Shown: positions 1 to 7,174 of the stretch, piece after piece
Position numbering within the stretch: the stretch's first letter is position 1
Layout of the letters: each line of letters opens with the position of its first letter
Assembly: GCA_037441385.1 (NCBI GenBank)
Contig: JBBISH010000156.1
Coordinates: 1 to 12,626, forward strand
Reading direction: 5' to 3'
DNA: 12,626 nt
Source: Myxococcales bacterium
GTDB lineage: Bacteria; Myxococcota_A; UBA9042
Notes under the pieces: generated by a model
The model's database searches: none
What the model was told of the DNA's origin: nothing
What the model saw: only the letters and a program-made list of their open reading frames with translations
Position numbers and translations under genes: made by a program

Positions 1-190
1 GCAGCCGACCGGCTTCGTCGTCGTGCGCTGGCGCTGGATCGTCGAACGCACGCTAGCGTGGATGTCGCGCAACCGTCGGCTGTCAAAGGACTACGAAGAG
101 ACGATCGCAAGCAGCAAGGCCTGGATGGCGCTCGCCATGATTCGCCTCATCACGGCACGGCTCGGGGCTGAATAATATGTACACACCCTC
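1..190 (+). mobile_element. Right end of an IS5-family (IS1031-group-like) insertion sequence; candidate IRR ~176-190, candidate target triplet TTA 191-193
   Basis: The stop is followed by TATGTACACACCCTC|TTA (reverse complement begins GAGGGTGTGTACATA). GAG termini and TNA/TWA 3-bp target duplications are typical of the IS1031 group. The left IR is not visible, so the IR length is unconfirmed. Confidence 0.75.
2..175 (+). CDS. IS5-family transposase, C-terminal fragment (5' part outside window)
   Basis: Frame 2 reads [57 protein letters not shown], stop TAA at 173-175. RWxVERTxAW...RRLSKDYE is the typical C-terminal catalytic-Glu region of IS5 (IS1031/IS427-like) transposases. Not in the ORF track because it has no start in the window. 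Confidence 0.93.
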   Translation, partial: QPTGFVVVRWRWIVERTLAWMSRNRRLSKDYEETIASSKAWMALAMIRLITARLGAE

Positions 191-322
191 TTATACGGAA
201 TCCGTTCGAATCGGATCGCAAACTCTGGGGAAATCGGCGGGCGCGAACCGGGGTCCCCGCTTGATTCTCGCCAGATGCCGAACGGGTCACGGCAGCCGCA
301 CAGGCGCGAATCAGGAGGGTAT
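191..322. repeat. Structured intergenic repeat, copy 1 (MITE/REP-like or ncRNA)
   Basis: Core 207-289 aligns with 2221-2302 at 71/83 positions by hand (one gap). It contains the interrupted palindrome CGGGGTCCCCG (249-259), stem 260-272/303-315 and inner stem TGCCG 276-280/CGGCA 290-294. Outer boundaries are approximate. Confidence 0.85.
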
Positions 323-323
323 T

Positions 324-1463
324 TTAGCCTTTCTTTTCGCTGGCTTCGGTCAGGATCCGCTTGGCCGTGCGCGCCACGTTGGGGTTGACGTCGCGCGACC
401 CCGAGCAGTCCTTCATGTCCTTGGCGCTCAGGGTGCGCAAGAACTGCATGCTCAGCGACAGCGGCGTCTTGGGGTTGAACACCAACGCTTTGCGGGTGGC
501 ATAGTCCTTGGTCCACTGGCGGTTGCGGGCGATGCTGGCCAGGATGTCCTCGCTCAGCGCTTTGTTCGACGCAAACGCCGTGATTTCGCCTTCGGTCAAG
601 CGCGGCGACTTCAGCACGGCAAAGGCCACCATCTTTTTCGGGTCGCGGATCAGCAGCTTGCGCGTAGCGGCGTCGCCCACCATGGCAATGCGGATCTTCT
701 GGGCCACGCTCATGCGCGACAACAGCGCTGCCAAGCTGCCGGCCTCGCGCTCGGCTTGGGCACTGCCGTCGGCCGAATCCACCAGCTGGATCGCCCGCTC
801 GCCTTGGCCGATCGCCATCAGCATCGCCGAAGCAAACTCGGCGTCTGACAATCCCTTTTCTTCGTCGGCCGGTTCTTCGCCCACCAGCATCGCCTTGGCT
901 TCGCGGAAGCCCGGCACGTGGTCCAGGTTCACGCCCGAGCGCACGGCCAGACCAAACAGGTCTTGCACCAAGCTTTGCGGCGCCAGCGGGTTCAGGTAGA
1001 TCGCTTCGATGATCGCCGGGTAGCGCAGGGCCCGCACGTGGTTGCGGCCGATCGACAGCACCGTTTCGGTGTCGGCGGCGCTGGCCATCCACCGCAGGGT
1101 GTCGTCGTCCGAGTAGGCATTCAGCGCGATGGCGCGGGCGGCCTTGGGAATGCGCACCATCGCGCGCGCCGCGGCGTCCACCAGGGCCGGATCCTTCATC
1201 GCCGCGACAACGGGCCCTAGCACCTCGATCGGCATCGACGCCAGCGACTCCTTGGCCAGCTTGCGGATTTCGGGCTCCAGATCCTGGGTCAGAAACAGCA
1301 GCGCTGGCACCAGCGCGTCGGGCGGGGCGGGCACGGCGGCGCGGGCGACACGCTGGCGGGCCGGCAAGGGGGCGTCCCGGCCGGCAAGACCCAGCAGAGG
1401 CCCTTGCAGAACATGGGGTTGCAGTGGTGTGCCGCTGACGAACGGGGGAGTCTCGTTGGCCAT
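324..1463 (-). CDS. Conserved hypothetical alpha-helical repeat protein (HEAT/LRV-like), 379 aa
   Basis: Protein-like composition with two internally similar halves (IYLNPLAP / LVFNPKTP). The C-terminal block MSVAQKIRIAMVGD...LLIRDPKKMVAFAVLKSPRLTEGEI...RQWTKDYATRKALVFNPKTP resembles a widespread uncharacterised deltaproteobacterial family (recognition, not searched). Confidence 0.85.
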   Translation of the reverse strand: MANETPPFVSGTPLQPHVLQGPLLGLAGRDAPLPARQRVARAAVPAPPDALVPALLFLTQDLEPEIRKLAKESLASMPIEVLGPVVAAMKDPALVDAAARAMVRIPKAARAIALNAYSDDDTLRWMASAADTETVLSIGRNHVRALRYPAIIEAIYLNPLAPQSLVQDLFGLAVRSGVNLDHVPGFREAKAMLVGEEPADEEKGLSDAEFASAMLMAIGQGERAIQLVDSADGSAQAEREAGSLAALLSRMSVAQKIRIAMVGDAATRKLLIRDPKKMVAFAVLKSPRLTEGEITAFASNKALSEDILASIARNRQWTKDYATRKALVFNPKTPLSLSMQFLRTLSAKDMKDCSGSRDVNPNVARTAKRILTEASEKKG

Positions 1464-1498
1464 TGGGGGCGCTCACATCGGCAAGGGGCCGCCCCCCC

Positions 1499-1527
1499 AT
1501 TGTGCCACCGCGGTCGCCTGCCGGCAA
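1499..1527 (-). promoter_or_regulatory. Candidate sigma70-type promoter for the 324-1463 gene
   Basis: Minus strand reads TTGCCG-17 nt-CACAAT with TG one base before the -10 (extended -10), 35 nt upstream of the ATG. Confidence 0.5.
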
Positions 1528-1573
1528 AGGCGACGTGCGGGCGAGTTGTTACATCTGTTCACGATCTTTCTGC

Positions 1574-1602
1574 TTGCAAATCGCGTCACGGATTTGTAGT
1601 GT
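1574..1602 (+). promoter_or_regulatory. Candidate sigma70-type promoter with overlapping inverted repeat
   Basis: TTGCAA(1574-1579)-17 nt-TAGTGT(1597-1602) in an AT-richer intergenic patch. The inverted repeat CAAATC-N8-GATTTG (1577-1596) spans the spacer. Confidence 0.55.
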
Positions 1603-1624
1603 GAATCCAGACGTCGAGGTGCCC

Positions 1625-2137
1625 GTGACGATTGTGTTGTCCCACCGAGTTGCCCGTTGTAGCCGGCCCTTGTCGCGCAGGGTTCCGCGTCGATCGGGGT
1701 TGCCGTTGGCGCTGGTCGCCTTGGCCGCACTCGCCGGCACGCTGTTGGCTTCGGCAGCCATGGCGCGTCCCCACGGTCACCGTCGCCACCGGGCGCAGGC
1801 TCCCACCACGCTGCACGAGTCGGGTTCCGTGGTCTCGCATGTGGGGATCGTGGCCGCGTTGGCTGGCGGCGAAGACGGCGGCAGCCCGATCAGCTACAGC
1901 AACAAGGACTGGCTCGATCGCCACGCTGCCCACTTTTCGGGCCGCGACGTGCGCTGCGACCTTTGCGTCCGATCGGCGCCGCTCATCGGCAACGCCGGGC
2001 CCGGCCAAGCCGTGATCACGCCCCAAATCGACATGGTGGCGCTGACTCGGCAGTTCACCACGCTGGAAATCGCCGGCACCACCGTGCGCGTCACCAGCCT
2101 GTCGCCGTTCGGCCTGCAGTTCCGCAAACCGTTCTAG
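1625..2137 (+). CDS. Hypothetical secreted protein, ~170 aa
   Basis: Within ORF 1463..2137. GTG at 1625 is in frame and follows GAGGT. It has an Arg-rich n-region, hydrophobic LPLALVALAALAGTLLAS and an AMA cleavage-like site, a CDLC motif, and ends GLQFRKPF. The start is inferred. Confidence 0.65.
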   Translation: MTIVLSHRVARCSRPLSRRVPRRSGLPLALVALAALAGTLLASAAMARPHGHRRHRAQAPTTLHESGSVVSHVGIVAALAGGEDGGSPISYSNKDWLDRHAAHFSGRDVRCDLCVRSAPLIGNAGPGQAVITPQIDMVALTRQFTTLEIAGTTVRVTSLSPFGLQFRKPF

Positions 2138-2204
2138 AACACCAGTCACAAATCTCCGAGGTTCAGAGCAACGAAACCACTCGCTCACGAAAACTCGTTG
2201 ATGC

Positions 2205-2330
2205 TCATACCAATTCCCTCCGAATCGGATCGAAAACTCGGGCAATTCTTCGGGCCCGAACCGGGGTCCCCGCCTGATTCTCGGCGGTTGCAGAACGGGT
2301 CAGACTGGTCGCGCCGCAATCGCAGCGTCT
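2205..2330. repeat. Structured intergenic repeat, copy 2 (same orientation as copy 1)
   Basis: Core 2221-2302 matches 207-289. CGGGGTCCCCG at 2262-2272; stems GATT 2276-2279/AATC 2318-2321 and CGGCG 2282-2286/CGCCG 2312-2316. Outer boundaries are approximate. Confidence 0.85.
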
Positions 2331-2419
2331 CCCGCTTTCTTTCGTAATGTACCTGCGCAGACCCAGCTGGCGTCCGCGGACCAAACGCGATCGCCCTCAA
2401 GTCGCCGGTGCAAGCGCGG

Positions 2420-2740
2420 TCAGCCGCCGGTGATGACGTTGGGCGAGCCCTCGACCATCTTGCCGCTGCCGCCGCAGTGGGTGTCTGAATCGCCCAGGCG
2501 GTGCGCGGCCTTCTTGTTGATGAAGACCGTGCCGGAGCCGGCTGCCGCCGTCCATGTGTTCGGACCGCAGCAGGCCGCATGGACGCCGGGATCGCCGACG
2601 CGCAAGGCCGGTTTGCTGTTGACGTTGACGTCGGGCGAACCCGCCACGGCCGGGCCGATGCATGGGTGGGGGCATGCCGGGCAGCCGTGAGCGTCGGCGG
2701 GCACCTGGGACTTGTCGCCGAGTCGACTTTGGGCGGGCAT
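2420..2740 (-). CDS. PAAR domain protein (contractile injection spike tip), 106 aa
   Basis: Three PAAR-like repeats PAQSRLGD / PALRVGD / AAHRLGD, GSPDVNVN / GSGTVFIN / GSPNVITG strands, and His/Cys candidate metal ligands (HGCPACPH, HAACC, THC). ATG at 2740 is preceded by GGAG. Confidence 0.93.
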   Translation of the reverse strand: MPAQSRLGDKSQVPADAHGCPACPHPCIGPAVAGSPDVNVNSKPALRVGDPGVHAACCGPNTWTAAAGSGTVFINKKAAHRLGDSDTHCGGSGKMVEGSPNVITGG

Positions 2741-2775
2741 GGGCACTCCACACGACGCGTCGGCGTCTGCCCCGC

Positions 2776-2804
2776 AATCTAGCCCAATCGCCGACCTGCG
2801 GCAA
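2776..2804 (-). promoter_or_regulatory. Candidate sigma70-type promoter for the PAAR gene
   Basis: Minus strand reads TTGCCG-17 nt-TAGATT, 35 nt upstream of the ATG at 2740. Confidence 0.55.
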
Positions 2805-2854
2805 CGTTGGGTGCTTGGGCTGTGGACGATCGGGGCGGCGAGGCCCCAGCGACG

Positions 2855-4180
2855 CTACTTGGACAGCGGTGCGTTGGCGATATTGAAGCCGAATTCCAGG
2901 GTCAACCGACCGACCGGGCCGTAGCCGAACTCATCGGTGGCCGACAAGTCCAGGGTCGAGCGGTCCGAGGCGATGAGACCCTCGAAACCCAGCGCCACCA
3001 TCGTGGACTTGGGCGCCACTACGACCCGCACGCCCAAGGTGGTATAGCCAAAACCCGGTTTGCCGTTCTCGAGTTGAACTTGGTGGCGCTTGACCGAGAC
3101 CATCAGGCCGGCCAAGCGCGGCAGGGCGACGCCAACGCCCGCCACCAGGCCGCTGGGCGCCGCGGCGGTGCCACTGACCGAGAAACCCGAATAGCCTTCC
3201 CAGCCGGCCTCGCACACCGCCGCCCACCACGGCGCGCTGCCCTTGTTGCCCCACGACATCCAGCCCCAGGCGCCCAGACCAAAGCTCAAGTCGGGCTTGA
3301 CGCGGGCGTCGGGCGCCACCTGCTGCAGACTGGCGCCGCCCAATGCGCTGAGCACCACGCCGCCCAACAAACCCTTGCCACTTGGCTCTACCGGTTGCGG
3401 CTCGGGGTGCGGCGCCGGGCCACTGTCTGCGGGCGGCGCCTTGACCACCGGCACCGGGGGCGCGACGGTCGGCGTCGGCCCCGGATTGATCTGCGCTTGG
3501 CGAGCGCGGGCCTCGGCCTCTTTGGCGCGCGCTTCCGCGTCCTTGGCGCGCAACTCGGCTTCTTTGGCCTTCTTTTCCGCCTCGACCCGGCCACGAGCTT
3601 CCGCTTCGGCGCGGGCGCGCGCTTCTGCTTCAGCTTTGGCGGCCTGCTCTTTTTCGGCCAGGATCTGCGCCTCGCGGGCTTTTTGCTCGGCTTCGCGCGT
3701 CTTTTGCTCGGCTTCGCGCAGCTTGCGATCGGCCTCTTCTTGGCGCGCCTTTTGCTCGGCTTCGGCCTTAGCCTTTTGCTCGGCTTCGGCCTTGGCCTTG
3801 TCTTCGGCGTCCTTCTTCAGCTTCGCGTCGATCTCGGTGATGCGCTTTTTGGCGTCTTCTTGACCTTTTTCGCTGCGTTCCAGGCGCAGGAACAACTCGA
3901 ACAGCGCTTTGGCCTCGGCCAGTTTGCCACCTTGCTCACGGGCGCGGGCGGCGTTGTACACCGCGGCCGGCTGCTTGCTCAGGTCGTAGACCTGCATGAA
4001 CAACTCGGCTGCGCGATCGAACTGGCCGGACTTGAAGGCTTCTTTGGCTTCGGCGTCCAGCGCTTCGGCCTTGGCGCGCACGGCCTTGGCCGAGTCCGCC
4101 TTGGGGGCGGCCACAGCGGGCGCCGCCAGCAGCTGGGCCAGGCAGGCGACGCGCGCGAAGATCGGTAGCCAGCGAGTCAT
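2855..4180 (-). CDS. Secreted TPR protein with E/A/K-rich coiled coil, Pro-rich linker and C-terminal beta-rich (outer-membrane barrel-like) domain, 441 aa
   Basis: Signal peptide ending AVA-AP; TPR-like AKEAFKSGQFDRAAELFMQVY...AVYNAARAREQGGKLAEAKALFELFL; ~110 aa EAEQK-rich helix; PGPTPTVAPPVP linker; alternating Gly/hydrophobic strands ending RLTLEFGFNI. Confidence 0.85.
   Translation of the reverse strand: MTRWLPIFARVACLAQLLAAPAVAAPKADSAKAVRAKAEALDAEAKEAFKSGQFDRAAELFMQVYDLSKQPAAVYNAARAREQGGKLAEAKALFELFLRLERSEKGQEDAKKRITEIDAKLKKDAEDKAKAEAEQKAKAEAEQKARQEEADRKLREAEQKTREAEQKAREAQILAEKEQAAKAEAEARARAEAEARGRVEAEKKAKEAELRAKDAEARAKEAEARARQAQINPGPTPTVAPPVPVVKAPPADSGPAPHPEPQPVEPSGKGLLGGVVLSALGGASLQQVAPDARVKPDLSFGLGAWGWMSWGNKGSAPWWAAVCEAGWEGYSGFSVSGTAAAPSGLVAGVGVALPRLAGLMVSVKRHQVQLENGKPGFGYTTLGVRVVVAPKSTMVALGFEGLIASDRSTLDLSATDEFGYGPVGRLTLEFGFNIANAPLSK
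3681..3793 (-). repeat. Coding tandem repeats (EAEQK units)
   Basis: TTTTGCTCGGCTTCG occurs four times, as one pair with a 21-nt period (3681/3702) and one pair with a 24-nt period (~3750/3775), encoding REAEQK and KAEAEQK. Confidence 0.8.
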
Positions 4181-4248
4181 GGCCGGGATGATACGCCCAT
4201 CTGGATGGCTGCGCTAGCCGCGTACAACATCATGAAACGGCAGTAGAA

Positions 4249-7062
4249 CTACCCGCCGATCGCCGCCTCGACCATCTTCATTTCGACCAGCCAACGCAGC
4301 AGCGGCCGCGGCAGAGCGTCGGGGCGCAACTCGCCGGGCGGCAGCTTGCCAGCCAGGGCCGCTTGCACGAATTTCATGTAGTTCACGTGCAGGCGCACCC
4401 GCTCGGCCAGGCCCCACTCGGGCGCACCGCAGCGTCCCGGGGCCAGCAAGCCAGCGGCGGCGCGGCGGATCTCCAGCGGATAGACAAAGCGAGGCAACGT
4501 CAGGACTTTGGGGGCCGGCGGTGTGGCGGGAGGCGTGCCCGCGACGCCCGCCTTGCCCGGCGTGCCCGAGCCCGGCTTGGGCGTCAGCGGCACTTCGGGG
4601 AAGCCGCCCAGCGCGCCGGAAATGCCCTTGACGGTGGGGACTTGCACTTGCTCGGCGTCGATGAACTGCTCTGCAAAGAACTTGGAGGCCGGCCCGTCCA
4701 GCGGCACCACGATGTCTTGCCCAGGCACCGTCGCCGTGATGATCTCCAGGCCGCGCTGCTCGAGCACCGCCGCCAGGTCGCGCGACAGGTCGTGGTCGGC
4801 CAGCCGCAGCTTGCCGCCAAAGGCCGCGCCGGCCATCACCAAGATGTCTTCGATGACGAGCGAGCGCTTCATCTTGCCGAACAGAATCTCGCCGAATTTC
4901 TTCAACTTGACCACTTCGGCGTCGCTGTACTGCCATGGCGTGCCGTCTTTCTTCTTGCCCGAGATGAACCGCTTGTCGGCCAGCAGGGCGTTCCAATGCG
5001 CCAGCACCTTGTCCGCGTAGTCGGCCGGCAGCGGCGCAAAGACCTTGGCCACCCCGCCCGCCGCCTCGAACTCCTTGGCCAGGTACTCCAGCTCGGCCGC
5101 CTTGGCCTCTTCGTCTTGCAGCGGCCCCTCGAAGGCCAGGTTGCGGCGGATGCCCAGCAGCTGCACCTGCTCGCTCAGCGCCGCGAACAGCAGATGCCGC
5201 TCGCCCAAGATGAAGCGCGCCAGGGCCTGTGGGTTGAAGGACAGCTTCTCGACCGCCATCGGCTGCACGCCCTTGGGCGGGGTCTTGGTCAGCGCCACGG
5301 CCACTTCCAGAACGGTCTGCGCCACTTGCTCGCTGTTGAGCGCCACGCGGCTGGTCCGCGACGAGATGACGCTTTTGCCGGCGTCGAAGCGCTGGCAGTC
5401 CAGGTACTTGCCCACGGCCGAGTCGGTGCAGAACGGCGGCATCTCTTCGGGCGGGGTGTCCTTGCCCTTGTACAGCGCGGCCATGGCCTTCTTGTCGTAG
5501 TCCAGCACCACGCCGTGGGCGATCTGGTCGCCCATCATCATCATCTCGCGCTGCTCCAGGTAGTCCATCACGGTGGACGACGGCAGCTTTTGGCTGGCCT
5601 TGCCGGTCAGATAGGCGGCAAAAATCTGATCGACCTCGTCGCGCGGCAGGTTCGACGCCAGCGAGCCGGCGAAATTGTGGCGCAGACCCAGGGTATGGCC
5701 GACCTCGTGGGCCACCACCGCGCGGATGGTGTCTTGGCTGGCCTTGAGCAGCTTGTCGTCCGGCACCTCGGGGCTCAGGATCGCGTCCAGCCCGGCGATC
5801 GAATGCGAAGCGAAATCAGCCAGATCCAGGTTGCACAGCTGGCTGGTCTTGCCGCCGCCCATGACCAACCCGGCGGTCTTGGCCCGCGGCGCCGCACCCA
5901 CGGTCCCAGCCTGCGACCGCAGCACGGCCGCGCGCGCCAACTCCTTGCCACCAATGGCGAACGAGCTGGGCAGGTACACCTGGGCGTGCAAGATCTCGCC
6001 GGTGCGCGGGTCCATCTGCGCGTCGGCGTAAGCAGCCCCGGCCTCTTCGTAGTTGATCCACTGGATGATGTTCAGGTTGAAGTCCGGCGGCACGATGCCG
6101 GCCGGCGCGTCGACCACCTGGATGCGGTCCTCGCCCAGCACCTTGTTCCAGTACAAGACGCCTTCTTTCACGGCCTTGCGGTACTCGGCCGGCGTGTTGG
6201 CGCTGATCGCGTACACGATCGGCTTGGCGAGGTTGTACTTGGCCGCGTAGATGACCTGGCCGCCGCCCTTTTCCAGCTGCGGCGCCACCTCGAAGAAGCC
6301 CATCTTCTGGAAGCCCTTGGAGATCGTGGGCTTGAAGCTCTTGTCGGGCTGGTACAGGGTCAGGTAGTACTTGATCTCGACCGTGGGCTCCATCGCGCCT
6401 TGGCGATCGGGCACTTCCAGCTGCGCCACCTGGCGAATCACGATCTGGTTCTCGCTGGTCACCACCGCCGAGTCCACGAAGTCGAAGCGAATCTTGTAGG
6501 CGCGCAGCATCGGCGTGGCCTGGCTGCCGTCGCTGGTGTCCGAGGCATGCATCTCCTCGGACGCAAACACGTTCTTCATGCCCGCGCCCCAGTCGATCTC
6601 CACCCAGTCGGCGGTCTCGTTCACGATCGGAAACTCGGCGAGCAGCAGCGTAGTCGGCATGTCTTCGGAGCCGGTGTTGCCCGCCGACGCCTCGATCATG
6701 TAGACCTTGTTGTGCATTTTCTTGAAGTTGACCACGCGCGACTTCAAGCCGTGGAACTTGGGCGTCTCTTCGAACTCGGTGTAGGCGGCCTGCAGCAGGA
6801 ATTCGCGGTTGAACACCTCGCTGGCCAAGCGGATCGCCACCTTGTCGTTGTCGGGCTTGACCTCGCCCAGCGCGCTGGCGTTCATGCCCAGGGCGCCGCT
6901 CAAGAACGACGGCGCGGGCGTCCCCGTTTGGTTGGCCGAGAAAAGGGCCTTGCGCGGCGCCTCCGCCGTGGCCGGCAGCAGCCCCAGGCACATCGTTGCG
7001 CCAAAACTGCACAGGCCGGCCAAGTAGCGCGACCAGTGGCGGTGATTGAAAACGGTTTTCAT
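4249..7062 (-). CDS. Secreted zinc-dependent metalloprotease (metzincin, EcxA/DUF5117-DUF4953-like), ~937 aa
   Basis: HEVGHTLGLRHNFAGS zinc motif (~5677-5709), Met-turn STVMDY, upstream AVKEGVLYWN and DPRTGEILHAQV motifs, and an N-terminal signal peptide. ATG at 7062 is preceded by AAGGAG, so the 7197 start in the ORF track is likely over-extended. Confidence 0.93.
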   Translation of the reverse strand: MKTVFNHRHWSRYLAGLCSFGATMCLGLLPATAEAPRKALFSANQTGTPAPSFLSGALGMNASALGEVKPDNDKVAIRLASEVFNREFLLQAAYTEFEETPKFHGLKSRVVNFKKMHNKVYMIEASAGNTGSEDMPTTLLLAEFPIVNETADWVEIDWGAGMKNVFASEEMHASDTSDGSQATPMLRAYKIRFDFVDSAVVTSENQIVIRQVAQLEVPDRQGAMEPTVEIKYYLTLYQPDKSFKPTISKGFQKMGFFEVAPQLEKGGGQVIYAAKYNLAKPIVYAISANTPAEYRKAVKEGVLYWNKVLGEDRIQVVDAPAGIVPPDFNLNIIQWINYEEAGAAYADAQMDPRTGEILHAQVYLPSSFAIGGKELARAAVLRSQAGTVGAAPRAKTAGLVMGGGKTSQLCNLDLADFASHSIAGLDAILSPEVPDDKLLKASQDTIRAVVAHEVGHTLGLRHNFAGSLASNLPRDEVDQIFAAYLTGKASQKLPSSTVMDYLEQREMMMMGDQIAHGVVLDYDKKAMAALYKGKDTPPEEMPPFCTDSAVGKYLDCQRFDAGKSVISSRTSRVALNSEQVAQTVLEVAVALTKTPPKGVQPMAVEKLSFNPQALARFILGERHLLFAALSEQVQLLGIRRNLAFEGPLQDEEAKAAELEYLAKEFEAAGGVAKVFAPLPADYADKVLAHWNALLADKRFISGKKKDGTPWQYSDAEVVKLKKFGEILFGKMKRSLVIEDILVMAGAAFGGKLRLADHDLSRDLAAVLEQRGLEIITATVPGQDIVVPLDGPASKFFAEQFIDAEQVQVPTVKGISGALGGFPEVPLTPKPGSGTPGKAGVAGTPPATPPAPKVLTLPRFVYPLEIRRAAAGLLAPGRCGAPEWGLAERVRLHVNYMKFVQAALAGKLPPGELRPDALPRPLLRWLVEMKMVEAAIGG

Positions 7063-7174
7063 GATCGACTCCTTGAGAATCGCCGTGTTGTAGAAGATAG
7101 GGGCGCTGCATCTGCGTGCCACTGGTGGCAAGCCCGAGCGGTGACCGTTCGACGCCCGAAGGCGCCTTGGCGGT

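Noticed and set aside
240..270. Minus strand of the repeat reads GCGGGGACCCCGGTTCG, resembling a tRNA variable loop/T-arm
   Set aside because: No canonical TTCRANY loop with a 5-bp stem, acceptor stem, D-arm or CCA could be built; tRNAscan-SE/ARAGORN would settle it.
1463..1624. N-terminal extensions in the ORF track (1463 start; likewise 7197, 9826, 2746)
   Set aside because: They run over promoter regions or neighbouring genes; downstream starts with RBS fit better.
191..2330. Repeat pair as a CRISPR array or att sites
   Set aside because: Only two long degenerate copies 2 kb apart, with no spacer periodicity and no cas or integrase gene in the window.
2832..2847. GGGGC-N6-GCCCC hairpin after the TPR gene stop as an intrinsic terminator
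   Set aside because: Only a 5-bp stem with no U-tract on the minus strand; too weak in GC-rich DNA.
7107..7121. TGGCACGCAGATGCA on the minus strand as a sigma54 promoter
   Set aside because: The GG-to-GC spacing is 9 nt; sigma54 promoters require 10.
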